DNA of 63,905 nucleotides, counting the filler. It is 8 parts of 8 records of this genome, joined end to end, with 100 filler letters (N's around TTAATTAATTAA, not from the genome) between each part and the next. Parts side by side here need not be neighbours in the genome. Positions count along the whole stretch, not along the records: positions 28,809 to 35,749 come from SRR31147125_10017; positions 35,850 to 42,710 come from SRR31147125_10021; 6 more parts are not named here. One strand, written 5' to 3'. The notes beneath the pieces were generated by a model. The model was not told the DNA's origin. It did not search any database and saw nothing but the letters and a program-made list of their open reading frames with translations. The position numbers and the translations under genes were made by a program. Within the stretch, counting starts at the first letter, position 1. Every line of letters begins with the position of its first letter. Positions 31,523 through 41,423 of this stretch are shown piece after piece.

Positions 31523-31621
31523 ATGGGAAAATCACGGGATACTAAAAAAGAAACAAAGAAAAAGTCTGAGAAATCTGCCAAAGAGAAAAAACAGGCCAAG
31601 CGCGAAAAGAAAGCAAAGTAA
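31523..31621 (+). CDS. 32-aa lysine-rich microprotein
   Basis: AAGGAGA RBS; MGKSRDTKKETKKKSEKSAKEKKQAKREKKAK. Confidence 0.7.
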   Translation: MGKSRDTKKETKKKSEKSAKEKKQAKREKKAK

Positions 31622-31772
31622 CACAACTTGCCCTGCCAGCCCTTGCCAGGTTCCCAGGGATTTAAAATAACCATGAATTAACAGCCACTTGTTCGATACA
31701 TGCAATGTTATATCTTGTATGATAACCTCTGTTGGGATTCAATTTACCAGAAAGAGAAAGAGAGAGAATAAA

Positions 31773-34340
31773 ATGCTACCATGTAGGTTGATAGCAACCA
31801 TATGCAAATATTATGTTTTAATAATATTTTTTACAGGTATCCTGCACGCTCAAATTGCGGAACTGCCGGTTTACAAAGATAAAAATCGTGACATTGAGGA
31901 ACGGATAGAAGATCTGTTGAGCCGTATGACTTTTGAGGAAAAGGTTGAGCAGGTCAGTGGCAACGGTTTCGAAACAAAGGGGAATGTGCGTCTGGGGATT
32001 CCTAAAATTATCATGTTTGATGAGATGGCTGAGCAAAAAGCGAAACGTCACACTGTTAATTTTTCCTGCGAGATAAACTGGGCTGCCACGTTTGATGAAG
32101 AATTGATTCAGCAGGTTGGTGTCCTGCAGGGTGAAGAAGCACGAGCGCTGGGTGCCAACATGATGCTGGATCCCTGTATCAATATTGCCCGTGTCCCTCA
32201 TGGCGGCCGGGCTTTTGAGGCGTTTGGCGAAGATCCGTATCTTGTTTCTCGCATGACCGTGGCCTATGTGAAAGGCGTTCAGAGTCAACGTGTTATCGCG
32301 TGTCCCAAACATTTTGTTGTCAATAACCATGAGTGGAACCGCTTTAGCGTTGATGTTCAGGTGGATGACCGGACTTTACGCGAGATCTATTTCCCGGCTT
32401 ACAAGGCAGCCATTCAGGAGGCTGACGCCCTGTCCCTGATGACTGCCTACAATCAGGCTCTGGGATACTGGTGCGGGGAAAATAAATATTTGCTCACGGA
32501 TGTATTACGACAGGATTGGGGCTTTACCGGTTTTGCTGTATCCGATTGGGGTGGTACACACAGCACAATACCAACTGCGCTCGCCGGTCTGGATCTGGAA
32601 ATGCCTGCCGGTCGTTTTATGGGCAAGGATTTGCTTGAGGCGGTTAAAAACGGTCAGGTACCCGAATCGGTTGTGGAAACAAAGGTTCGTAATATCATGC
32701 GAGCCATGTTTAAAATCGGTCTTTTTGATGAAGATGTAAGCTCTTATGGTGGATTTGTCAACACACCTGCAAGACGAAACCTGGCCAGGGCCGTGAGCCA
32801 GAAAAGCATTGTCCTTCTGAAAAATGAAAATAACTTTTTACCCTTGAAAATGGGGGCGATTAAAACAATTGCTGTCATCGGACCCAATGCGGCTGAGGCG
32901 CAGGTGACCGGTGGTGGCAGCGGTGCCTATTATGGCTATTACCAGATCTCGCCGCTGGACGGAATAAAGCAAAAAGCAGGCGATCAAGTAAATATAAAGT
33001 ATGAAAGAGGCATTCCTGAACAGCTCAAACAACTGTCCATTGCCGGAGAAGAATATTATCAGCTTCCCGATGGTAACGCGGGTATTTACGCGGAATATTT
33101 TAACAATCGTGACCTGGAAGGTGATCCCGTATTAACCCGGATTGAAAAAACGATTAATTTTGACTGGGGATATGGCCCAATTCGCTCGGGCAATACACCC
33201 GGATCTCCACAGCCAGGTGTTGTGAATATTGATCGATTTTCAGCACGCTGGACGGGTAAATTTCTGTCACCTGGTGATGGTTTCTATAATATCGGCGTGC
33301 AGGCAGATAATGGTGTTCGTTTGTATCTCGATGATCGCATGGTGATCGATTCGTGGACAGATTCTGCTCCTGGTGTATTCAAAATTGCCACTTTTAAATT
33401 TGAATCCGGCCGTAAATATGATATCAAGGTGGAATTTTATGAAAACTGGGGCAGCTGCCGATGTATTCTGGGACTTGATAAATACAATCCAGGCAATTCA
33501 TCTGAAAAGGCAGTTAACCTGGCAGCTGAATCAGATGCTGTTATCCTTTGCATGGGATTAAATGAAGACATGGAGGGTGAGGCCATGGATCGTGCCGATC
33601 TGGCTTTGCCGCAAAATCAGCGCGAATTGATTAAAGCTATTACGGCTGTTAACAAAAATACAGTGGTTGTGCTTAACAATGCTACTCCCATTTTGATGAA
33701 CGAGTGGATAGACAGCGTGCCAGCCATCATTGATGCCTTGTATCCGGGCCAGGAAGGTGGTAACGCTCTGGCCGATATTTTGTTTGGTGATATCAATCCA
33801 TCCGGAAGACTGCCTTTTACCTTCCCGAATCGCTGGGAAGACTCGCCGGTTTACGACACTTATCCTGGGGAACGTGACGTATCTTATTATAAGGAAGGTA
33901 TCTTTGTTGGATATCGCCATTTTGATAAACAGAATATCGAGCCTTTGTTTCCCTTTGGCTTTGGTCTTTCTTATACCACGTTTGAATACAGCGATATAGA
34001 AATCAGTCCTGAAAATATAGCACAAGAGGATACGGTCACAGTAGCCGTAACGATTAAAAATACAGGTACGCTGCCAGGAGATGAAGTGGCGCAGCTCTAT
34101 GTGCACGATGTAAATGCCAGTGTGGAACGGGAGGTAAAGTCGTTAAAGGGTTTTAAACGAGTGAGTCTCAAACCGGGTGAGAGCAAGACAGTTTCTTTTA
34201 AACTGGACAAAAGTCATCTTGCCTTTTATGACGTGAAAAGTAAAAAATGGGTTGCAGAACCAGGCACATTCACAGCACTGGTAGGCAGCTCGTCGCGGCA
34301 TATTCGGCTGCAAAAGGATTTAATGTTGAAAAACAAGTAA
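31773..34340 (+). CDS. GH3 beta-glucosidase with PA14 insert and Fn3-like C-terminus
   Basis: EAFGEDPYL, CPKHF, SDWGG, PA14 (FSARWTG...DNGVRLYLD), YKEGIFVGYRHFD. Confidence 0.92.
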   Translation: MLPCRLIATICKYYVLIIFFTGILHAQIAELPVYKDKNRDIEERIEDLLSRMTFEEKVEQVSGNGFETKGNVRLGIPKIIMFDEMAEQKAKRHTVNFSCEINWAATFDEELIQQVGVLQGEEARALGANMMLDPCINIARVPHGGRAFEAFGEDPYLVSRMTVAYVKGVQSQRVIACPKHFVVNNHEWNRFSVDVQVDDRTLREIYFPAYKAAIQEADALSLMTAYNQALGYWCGENKYLLTDVLRQDWGFTGFAVSDWGGTHSTIPTALAGLDLEMPAGRFMGKDLLEAVKNGQVPESVVETKVRNIMRAMFKIGLFDEDVSSYGGFVNTPARRNLARAVSQKSIVLLKNENNFLPLKMGAIKTIAVIGPNAAEAQVTGGGSGAYYGYYQISPLDGIKQKAGDQVNIKYERGIPEQLKQLSIAGEEYYQLPDGNAGIYAEYFNNRDLEGDPVLTRIEKTINFDWGYGPIRSGNTPGSPQPGVVNIDRFSARWTGKFLSPGDGFYNIGVQADNGVRLYLDDRMVIDSWTDSAPGVFKIATFKFESGRKYDIKVEFYENWGSCRCILGLDKYNPGNSSEKAVNLAAESDAVILCMGLNEDMEGEAMDRADLALPQNQRELIKAITAVNKNTVVVLNNATPILMNEWIDSVPAIIDALYPGQEGGNALADILFGDINPSGRLPFTFPNRWEDSPVYDTYPGERDVSYYKEGIFVGYRHFDKQNIEPLFPFGFGLSYTTFEYSDIEISPENIAQEDTVTVAVTIKNTGTLPGDEVAQLYVHDVNASVEREVKSLKGFKRVSLKPGESKTVSFKLDKSHLAFYDVKSKKWVAEPGTFTALVGSSSRHIRLQKDLMLKNK

Positions 34341-34506
34341 AAATACATAACAGAACATGGTTGTCATGCTGTATATCATCGTCCTGGAATGCACTGGAAT
34401 CATGCAAGGGGAAAGTGGTTCAAATATCCTGTTTTAGTGTTGACAACAATCGACATGGTGATGATTTATAAAGTTGTAAATAAACAAGGGAGGTGTTTAT
34501 TGCATT

Positions 34507-34556
34507 AAAAAAAGCACATTATGGGTTTTATTAAAGACCGATGGTGTGCTTTTTTT
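34507..34556. terminator. Bidirectional terminator-like hairpin
   Basis: A7-GCACATTAT...ATGGTGTGC-T7. Confidence 0.6.
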
Positions 34557-34621
34557 GTTGTTTGCAGGCTATTTAACTAACTCAATAAAATCCGATCCTA
34601 TAAATTTGAAAGTGATTTGAA

Positions 34622-35665
34622 ATGAAAAAAAGAATGTTAATTCCAGTTCTTATCTTGACATTTGTTTTTTTATCATGCTCTCGCACCATGTATCGTACTG
34701 TTTATCCTGAATTGAATGATGGAAAATACGATACCGAGTTTCCCTACAGAAATTGTTCCAAAGAATTGGAAGACATATCCCAGGCTGTTCATCGGGTGAT
34801 ATATACAGCCTATTATAAATCTTTTTCTTTTCCACCGGAAAGTAAATTAAAACGGGATCAGTTTAACAGGGAGGCCTTGAGAAAGGCAGAGGACGTCACT
34901 TTTTATACCCAATCCTTATCAGGAACGGCTACAACCATTTTTTGGGGATTACAAAAGATCGCTCTTTTAGCCAGCGCCCATAATATTAACCGACCGGATA
35001 CATTGATTACTTATTATTATAGCCATAACGCGAAAACAGAATATATCCAAAGTATTGCCATTAAAGAAAGGGAAAAGATATACATACCGACTTTGCCTGA
35101 GGATGGAATTGTAAACATACTGGTACAGGATAAAAAACTGGATATAGCGATATTGCATCAAGAATTATCGCAACCACCAGCAGGTAAAGTTGCTGTGGTT
35201 CAGTATCCTTTTGGCAAAGCAAAAGAGTTGCAGTGGGGCTCTTATGTTTATTTGATGGGATTTCCCAAGGCTTTTAAAATGGTTACCCGCGGGATCGTCA
35301 GTAAGCCGGAACGAGGTTCCAATAACATTTTTTTACTGGATGCTTTGTTCAACAGGGGATTAAGTGGCGGGATTGTTCTGGCAATCAAGGATGGTGTGCC
35401 GAATTTTGAAATTGTCGGCATTGGTGTTTCAACGCTTTCCGATGATGATTTTATCCTCGTTCCGGACAAAGATGAAGAGTTTGTTGAAAATATGTCTTAT
35501 CAGGGAGATGTTTATGTGGAGCGAAAGAGTACGATAAATTATGGTATTTGTAAGGCTGTTGCAGCCGAGGCAATTTTGGATATGATAAATGGTAATAAAG
35601 AATATCTGGCCAAAGAGGGGTATGATTTTTCCGGATTGTTTGATGGAAACGATACAATCGAGTAA
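34622..35665 (+). CDS. Lipoprotein, trypsin-like serine peptidase
   Basis: Lipobox FLSC; putative triad ASAHN / LDIAI / NRGLSGG; YLMGFP. Confidence 0.7.
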   Translation: MKKRMLIPVLILTFVFLSCSRTMYRTVYPELNDGKYDTEFPYRNCSKELEDISQAVHRVIYTAYYKSFSFPPESKLKRDQFNREALRKAEDVTFYTQSLSGTATTIFWGLQKIALLASAHNINRPDTLITYYYSHNAKTEYIQSIAIKEREKIYIPTLPEDGIVNILVQDKKLDIAILHQELSQPPAGKVAVVQYPFGKAKELQWGSYVYLMGFPKAFKMVTRGIVSKPERGSNNIFLLDALFNRGLSGGIVLAIKDGVPNFEIVGIGVSTLSDDDFILVPDKDEEFVENMSYQGDVYVERKSTINYGICKAVAAEAILDMINGNKEYLAKEGYDFSGLFDGNDTIE

Positions 35666-35749
35666 AATTACATGTCTGGCCTAATGAGAATATGTGGATG
35701 GATAAATGTTTTTTGTAAGGAAAGGCAATAACACAGTTATTGCACTCCA

Positions 35750-35849
35750 NNNNNNNNNNNNNNNNNNNNNNNNNNNNNNNNNNNNNNNNNNNNTTAATTA
35801 ATTAANNNNNNNNNNNNNNNNNNNNNNNNNNNNNNNNNNNNNNNNNNNN
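35750..35849. other. Artificial contig linker
   Basis: N-run, TTAATTAATTAA, N-run. Confidence 0.99.
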
Positions 35850-35913
35850 GTTTGATTTCATAAGCCTTATCCCATCCATTCCCTTCATCACTGTAAATAT
35901 TGCTTTTGTCTGT

Positions 35914-35984
35914 CTTTGCGCTCTTTGCGTTCTCCGCGTGAGACAGATTTTCACCTGTTAGTCGTCATGCGTCACATGTCACAA
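35914..35984. repeat. Orphan periodic repeat arms (9-nt and 7-nt period)
   Basis: CTTTGCGCT-CTTTGCGTT-CTCCGCGTG-AGA (35914-35943) and GTCATGC-GTCACAT-GTCACAA (35964-35984). Confidence 0.55.
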
Positions 35985-35988
35985 CTTT

Positions 35989-36797
35989 TTAGTAATACGA
36001 ATAATAATCATCATCTTTCTTGGAGACAAAGTGGGAATCATTGTACACAACACCTAAAATGTTGTTGTTTTTTTCAAACTATCCAGCGCCATTTTAACCT
36101 GGTGGCTCTTGGCCCGCCCCTCTCGTACAATAAAAACAATGCCGTCCATCACGGAGGCCAAAGAAAATGACTCGGCAAAGGATAGCACCGGCGTCGTGTC
36201 AAAAAGCACGTAGCGATCCGAATAGCGTTTTTTCAGTTCCTGAACCATTTCTTTCATCCGCTTGGATGAAAGCAACTCTGCGGGATTAGTGACAGGACTG
36301 CCCGCTGGTAGAACGACCAGCTTTCCAATCCCTGTTTTTATCAGAGCATCCTCCAGAGGCACATCTTGCGTCAGGCATTCAACCAAACCGACCTGAGGCT
36401 TTATCCCAAGATACTCATGTACGGAAGGCTGCCTTAAATCCGCATCCACCACCAGCACGGTATGGTCAAGTTCCTGAGCCAGGCTTATTGCCAGATTCAG
36501 CACTGTCAAGGATTTCCCCTCACCACTCATGGTGCTTGTAAACATCAGGGTGTTGAGAAACTTTTCTTTATTGGTCATCTGCACGATCACCGACTTCAAT
36601 TTCTTATATTCTTCGATGATATAACTTGTCTCTTCCTGGTTCATAAGGAGAAGCGGGTTGGGTGCCTTGAGGGGCTCAACCTGCAAAAGCCTATCGACCG
36701 GATGAGAATCTTTGACAAGTTCGGGTATGCATTCGGAAAGCGGTTCAATCCGCCGAGATTTGACCGCTTTTTCAATGGCTTTTTCTAAACGACTCAT
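35989..36797 (-). CDS. BY-type tyrosine autokinase (XrtA/EPS-associated), frameshifted at T7 36068-36074
   Basis: SGEGKS, VDADLRQP, FDTTP; one extra A restores ILGVVYND...DDDYYSYY* tyrosine cluster. Confidence 0.85.
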
Positions 36798-36856
36798 ATA
36801 CCTTTTCCCTCGTCATTACGAGCCAAACAACCAATTTTAAAACCAGCCCAAAGTCT

Positions 36857-38368
36857 TTACTTGAGGACTTCAAAAACCAAGACACAGACTATGCAGGAAA
36901 AATAAAGCCCCGAAGCAATAAAAATCTTTCTGTCCCTCAGTTGTACAGCGCGCGCCTGAACAGCCGTTGAAATACGCGGAATTACTGCAAGCACCTCAAA
37001 ATCCAACTCTATTATTTGTCGCACGTCCTTAACGGAACTATCCAACGTCTCCAAAAGGAGAATAACACCCAGTCCCCCTCCAAAGCCTGCAACTATTGCC
37101 AGAAGAATCATCCTGACCATGTTCGGAGAGACCGGAGTCTCTGGGAAAATTGCCGGATCAACAACTCTGAAAGTAGTTGTTTTATCGCCTATTTCCATCT
37201 GCTTTGAAACTTCAGACTGGCCCATACGGGCCAGCAGGTCTTGATAGATCCTGCGATAGGAATCCCTTTCCTGGATCATCATGCCAAGCTTTTTAGTATT
37301 TTCCGGAATAAACTTCAGCTCCTTCTCTTTTTCGAGAATCATATTCTGCAAACGCGCCTGTCTTGCCTTCAAAGCGCTTATCTCCGTCTCGGCATTCAGC
37401 ATGGCCTGCCTGGTTTCCTGATAAACCGGGTTGGCGGACCGAGTCTCCAGACTGGAGGGGGAAGGAGAAGCCCCTTTTCCTTCCTTTAAATTCCTTTTAT
37501 GCGCCTCCAGTTCCGCTTTCAGCTTGACCACTTCCGGATAATTCTCCGTATAAGAGATCAGAAGATATTTTATTCGCGCCTCCAGCACTTCAAGCCGATT
37601 TGCCCGCTCTCCCTCACTAAAAAGGGATATTTCAGGGCTGATCGTTTTCAGCTGCTTTGCGAGCTCGTTTCTCCGCGCGGTCAACGTGTCGATTTCAAGG
37701 TTGTTGTTATCAATCTGGCGATTATAATCCCTGATATTGGCAATTATTGCAGGCTCATCCAAGGAGAGAAAAACACTCTCCTGGTTTCGGAATTTAATGA
37801 TTCGATCTTCGGATTTATCCAGCTTGTCTTTGAAAACCACCAATTGCTCTTCCAGGAAGCGGTTTGCCCCGTAGGTTTCCTCACGGTTTGAAGAGGAGCT
37901 TTGTTCGAGGTATTTTTGAACAAGCGTATTGATGTACTGCTGTGCGAAATGTGGATCACGATCTACTATTGAGAGAATGAAAAGGTCATCTCTTCGCTGG
38001 GTCAACTGGGTCCTTCTTTGAAGGGAAGTTACATAACCCTGCATAGCCCCATCGGTCTTAAATTTCGCATCAACATCCAACTCTTTCAGGACGTCCGTAA
38101 TCAATCCGCGGCTGAGCAAGGCGTAGCGAAGAACCCGGATCTGATCGTCCATGTCCTGGGTCACAACCAGCCCTTCCACAAGGTCATTAATGACACTTTT
38201 CTCAATAAATACGGTACTGTCCGCTCGATACTTCTTCGGAATGAAGTAGCACCCTATAACCAGAACGGTCATCAGAGCAAAGGATACCGAAAAGAAAAGC
38301 CCCTTCCGTTTATTTAAAATAGAAAGATATCGAAATACTTGATCTAAATTATTTTCCATAATACTCAC
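36857..38368 (-). CDS. Polysaccharide chain-length determinant (XrtA-system Wzz/GumC type)
   Basis: Two TMs flanking a long coiled coil; YTENYPEV; FRVVDPAIFPETPVSPN. Confidence 0.88.
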   Translation of the reverse strand: MSIMENNLDQVFRYLSILNKRKGLFFSVSFALMTVLVIGCYFIPKKYRADSTVFIEKSVINDLVEGLVVTQDMDDQIRVLRYALLSRGLITDVLKELDVDAKFKTDGAMQGYVTSLQRRTQLTQRRDDLFILSIVDRDPHFAQQYINTLVQKYLEQSSSSNREETYGANRFLEEQLVVFKDKLDKSEDRIIKFRNQESVFLSLDEPAIIANIRDYNRQIDNNNLEIDTLTARRNELAKQLKTISPEISLFSEGERANRLEVLEARIKYLLISYTENYPEVVKLKAELEAHKRNLKEGKGASPSPSSLETRSANPVYQETRQAMLNAETEISALKARQARLQNMILEKEKELKFIPENTKKLGMMIQERDSYRRIYQDLLARMGQSEVSKQMEIGDKTTTFRVVDPAIFPETPVSPNMVRMILLAIVAGFGGGLGVILLLETLDSSVKDVRQIIELDFEVLAVIPRISTAVQARAVQLRDRKIFIASGLYFSCIVCVLVFEVLK

Positions 38369-38386
38369 AGAACCTGAATAGAGAAA

Positions 38387-39184
38387 TCAAAAGAGCCCTT
38401 CTTCCACCATAATATAATCCCCCGGCTTGAGGAAAAGGTTCATGGCGGAATCCTTCCCTTTCATGACCTCCTTGAGGCGGACTTTTATTCTCTCCTCGCC
38501 TCGAAGAATCGTTACATTGTTCAATTTGGCAAACTCGGTAAAACCACCCGCTTCGAGAATCGCATCCAGGACTTTTATCCCTTCACGGTAAAAGATATAC
38601 GTTGGTTGATTCACTGCACCGACAACATATATCTTATTATGCTCATTGGTCGGGAGAAAAACGATATCGTCTGCTTGAAGTTCAATGTCCTGGGAAAAAT
38701 CCCCTTTCACGAAAAGACCATAAACGTCTGCCTCTATTTTTTTCCCTTTTCGCATAATATAAGAACGCTTCAAATCGGCATTCTCCAGGCTTTCAAATCT
38801 GCATAGAAATTTGAAAAGCATGATTTTTCCCGGCATGTCAACAACTTCAGAAGGCACCCCGCCGCCGGAAACATAAATACGGTTGTTTGTAATTTGAGAT
38901 ACGGTAACGGTCACAATCGGCTGTTGAACATATTTTTTCAAAACCGTCCCGATTTTTTGGCTCAAACCGGCGGGAGTCTGACCAGACGCCTTGACATCTC
39001 CTGCTGCGGGCAACGTGATTTTTCCGTCGGGACGAACCGTCACCTGGACACTCAGTTCGGGCTCTCCCCACACGGAAACGCCAAGCACATCCCCTTCTCC
39101 GATAATATAGTCTTCCGCAAAAGCCTGAGAACTCATGAGAAAAAACAAGCTTAAAAAAGCAACAGCAAAATATTTCATCTTCAT
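38387..39184 (-). CDS. Polysaccharide export protein (Wza-like, SLBB domains)
   Basis: YIIGEGDVLGVSVWGEPELS..VTVRPDGKITLP; LDAILEAGGFTEFA. Confidence 0.88.
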   Translation of the reverse strand: MKMKYFAVAFLSLFFLMSSQAFAEDYIIGEGDVLGVSVWGEPELSVQVTVRPDGKITLPAAGDVKASGQTPAGLSQKIGTVLKKYVQQPIVTVTVSQITNNRIYVSGGGVPSEVVDMPGKIMLFKFLCRFESLENADLKRSYIMRKGKKIEADVYGLFVKGDFSQDIELQADDIVFLPTNEHNKIYVVGAVNQPTYIFYREGIKVLDAILEAGGFTEFAKLNNVTILRGEERIKVRLKEVMKGKDSAMNLFLKPGDYIMVEEGLF

Positions 39185-40558
39185 TTATCTGCCTCCTCTT
39201 CCAAAAGAAACAACCTTGATTGTCTCCAATATGATAAAAAAATCAAGTTTCAAGGAGTAGTTTTTGATGTAATAAAGATCATATTTGAGCTTTTCCAGGG
39301 AATCTTCCATGGACGCCCCATAAGGATATCTGACCTGAGCCCATCCGGTAATCCCCGGTTTTACAGAGTGCCTTTTGGAGTAATAGCTGTACTTCTCATT
39401 CAGTTTTTCAACAAATTCAGGTCGTTCAGGCCGAGGTCCCACAAAACTCATGTCACCCTTTAAAACATTGATCAACTGTGGGATCTCATCCAAACGTGTC
39501 TTGCGTAAAAACTTTCCAACTTTGGTAATTCTGGGGTCGTCTTCCTGAGCCCAGACGGCACCTGAAGACTTTTCGGCATCCGCTCTCATGGTGCGAAACT
39601 TATTGAGAAAAAATGGCTTTTCGTCGACTCCGACCCGAATCTGGCGAAAAAGAACTTTTCCAGGCGAGTCTATTTTTATCAGGATGGCAATAATCGGCAT
39701 TATAGGGAGAGCAACCATAAGACCGAGCAAACCGAAAACAATGTCAAACACCCGTTTGTTGAATCTGGTAAACAGTGTGAATGGAGTGACCTTGAAAGTG
39801 TTGGAAAACAAGAACCAGCTTGGGTTTGTCCTTTCAAGCATGAGCTTGCCTGTCATCTCTTCAAAAAATGTCGTATTTTCTACCACATCAATCCCGGCAA
39901 ATTTACAACGAAGCAGTTCCCGGACAGGCAGAATCCCCCGTCTTTCGGAAAGCGATACGATTATCCTGGAGGCCTTTTCCTTTTTTGCCACTTTAATCAA
40001 ACAGTCCTCCGAGCCGAGAATTTCTCCCTCTGGAACGCTCACCAGGTCTCCCGCCGGCTTGATATAACCTGAAAAGATACAATCCGGAGCCTTTTCTTCC
40101 AGGACCTCCCTCATTTCTTGCGCCATGGGTCCCACGCCAAAAATAAGAACCCGCTTGGCAATGCCGGGAAGTTGCAAAAAGGAGTAATAAAATTTATGCC
40201 ACCACAACTGGGCAAGGCCAAACAAAAACAATGCTATAACCAAAACATAGCGCCCACCGGTAAGCTGAGGAAAAACGTAGTAAACCCAGGAAAGAGCCAT
40301 GAAAGCCAGCAACAGGGAAGCGCCCAAACGAAAAAATATCTCATGTTTTGCAAATATTTTTTCCAGGTTGTAAAGCTCGGAAAAATAGGTGGTAATAAGC
40401 AACACCGTTATAAAAATCAGAATTTTTGCAAACTCCCTACTGAAAATCCCATCCCCGGGAAAAGAAACGGAATACGGTTGCAGAAAAAACCCACAGAAGT
40501 ACGCAAATCCCGCGAATAAAAAGTCGCCTCCCATCAGAAAAAGAGCATTTCGATTCAT
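39185..40558 (-). CDS. Priming glycosyl-phosphotransferase (TIGR03013-like, PEP-CTERM system)
   Basis: KFRTM, DDPRITKVGKFLRKTRLDEIPQ, VGPRPERP, KPGITGWAQV, DLYYIKN. Confidence 0.9.
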   Translation of the reverse strand: MNRNALFLMGGDFLFAGFAYFCGFFLQPYSVSFPGDGIFSREFAKILIFITVLLITTYFSELYNLEKIFAKHEIFFRLGASLLLAFMALSWVYYVFPQLTGGRYVLVIALFLFGLAQLWWHKFYYSFLQLPGIAKRVLIFGVGPMAQEMREVLEEKAPDCIFSGYIKPAGDLVSVPEGEILGSEDCLIKVAKKEKASRIIVSLSERRGILPVRELLRCKFAGIDVVENTTFFEEMTGKLMLERTNPSWFLFSNTFKVTPFTLFTRFNKRVFDIVFGLLGLMVALPIMPIIAILIKIDSPGKVLFRQIRVGVDEKPFFLNKFRTMRADAEKSSGAVWAQEDDPRITKVGKFLRKTRLDEIPQLINVLKGDMSFVGPRPERPEFVEKLNEKYSYYSKRHSVKPGITGWAQVRYPYGASMEDSLEKLKYDLYYIKNYSLKLDFFIILETIKVVSFGRGGR

Positions 40559-40586
40559 TGATGATTACAAATTCCTTATGGGTGTT

Positions 40587-40655
40587 TAGGCTGAAGGCTG
40601 AAGACTATCAGGAGAGCCCTTAAACTTCAGTCTTCGGTCTATCAATCTTCAACCT
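40587..40655. repeat. 7-nt-periodic inverted repeat (AGGCTGA / TCAGCCT family)
   Basis: TAGGCTGAAGGCTGAAGACTATCAGG ... CTTCAGTCTTCGGTCTATCAATCTTCAACCT. Confidence 0.65.
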
Positions 40656-40660
40656 TTTTT

Positions 40661-40791
40661 GCCGCTGATCTTCGCTGATGAACGCTGATTTAAAAACAAC
40701 CCCCAAAACCCCGAGTCTCTTTTCCCAATAGCCTTCAGCCTATAGCCTTTTGCATTAGTCTAATCATGCCTTTTCTGCGTCAATCTCTGGC
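40661..40791. repeat. 10-nt-periodic inverted-repeat unit A
   Basis: Left arm GCCGCTGATC-TTCGCTGATG-AACGCTGATT; right arm TAATCATGCC-TTTTCTGCGT-CAATCTCTGG-C. Confidence 0.85.
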
Positions 40792-40816
40792 CAAGTCAAG
40801 GTCTTAAAACCTTTTT

Positions 40817-40916
40817 GCCGCTGATCTAAAATGATTTTCGCTGATTAAACAAAACTTAAAACCACTGTTTTGTGGTTTTAAGGTCTGATCATGCCTTTTC
40901 AGTTTAAATCTGCGAC
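40817..40916. repeat. 10-nt-periodic inverted-repeat unit B
   Basis: GCCGCTGATC-TAAAATGATT-TTCGCTGATT ... TGATCATGCC-TTTTCAGTTT-AAATCTGCGA-C; internal perfect 11-bp stem CTTAAAACCAC/GTGGTTTTAAG. Confidence 0.8.
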
Positions 40917-40941
40917 TAACAACAAGATTCTAAAGGCATTT

Positions 40942-41364
40942 TTAGCCGTCGATTTGCTGCGGACTCAAAACCATCCTTTTTACTTGGGGTTTCGGTCCAA
41001 AATTCAACAGAAGACCAACCTCTAGTTGTGTTGCTTTCAGGTAATTCAACAGTTGCGGCTCGTGTTCAGGAGCAAGAGCTTTGACTGCCTTTATTTCTAC
41101 AATGACATTATCATTTACAAGAATGTCGGCAAAAAACTCACCCACACAGCGATGTTCATAAAAAACCTTTACCGGAGCTTGAACCTGAAATTTGACATTG
41201 TGTTTTTCCAATTCAATTGCAAGTGCATTTTCATAAACTTTTTCCAGAAAACCACTCCCAAGCCTGTTATACACATTATAAAAACTGCAAATAATAAGGT
41301 CCGTTGTTTCAGAGTATTTGTAGCGCTTATCAAAATGGCTGTTTCCCATCTTGAATTTTTCCAC
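40942..41364 (-). CDS. GxxExxY family PD-(D/E)XK nuclease-like protein
   Basis: LGSGFLEKVYENAL (GxxExxY), ADILV..VIVEIK, QLLNYLKAT..EVGLLLNFG. Confidence 0.93.
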   Translation of the reverse strand: MEKFKMGNSHFDKRYKYSETTDLIICSFYNVYNRLGSGFLEKVYENALAIELEKHNVKFQVQAPVKVFYEHRCVGEFFADILVNDNVIVEIKAVKALAPEHEPQLLNYLKATQLEVGLLLNFGPKPQVKRMVLSPQQIDG

Positions 41365-41423
41365 ATTAAGAATTATGCTTTTTCAGGGTGAAAGTGACCA
41401 AGACAAGATATTGAAACCTTTCA

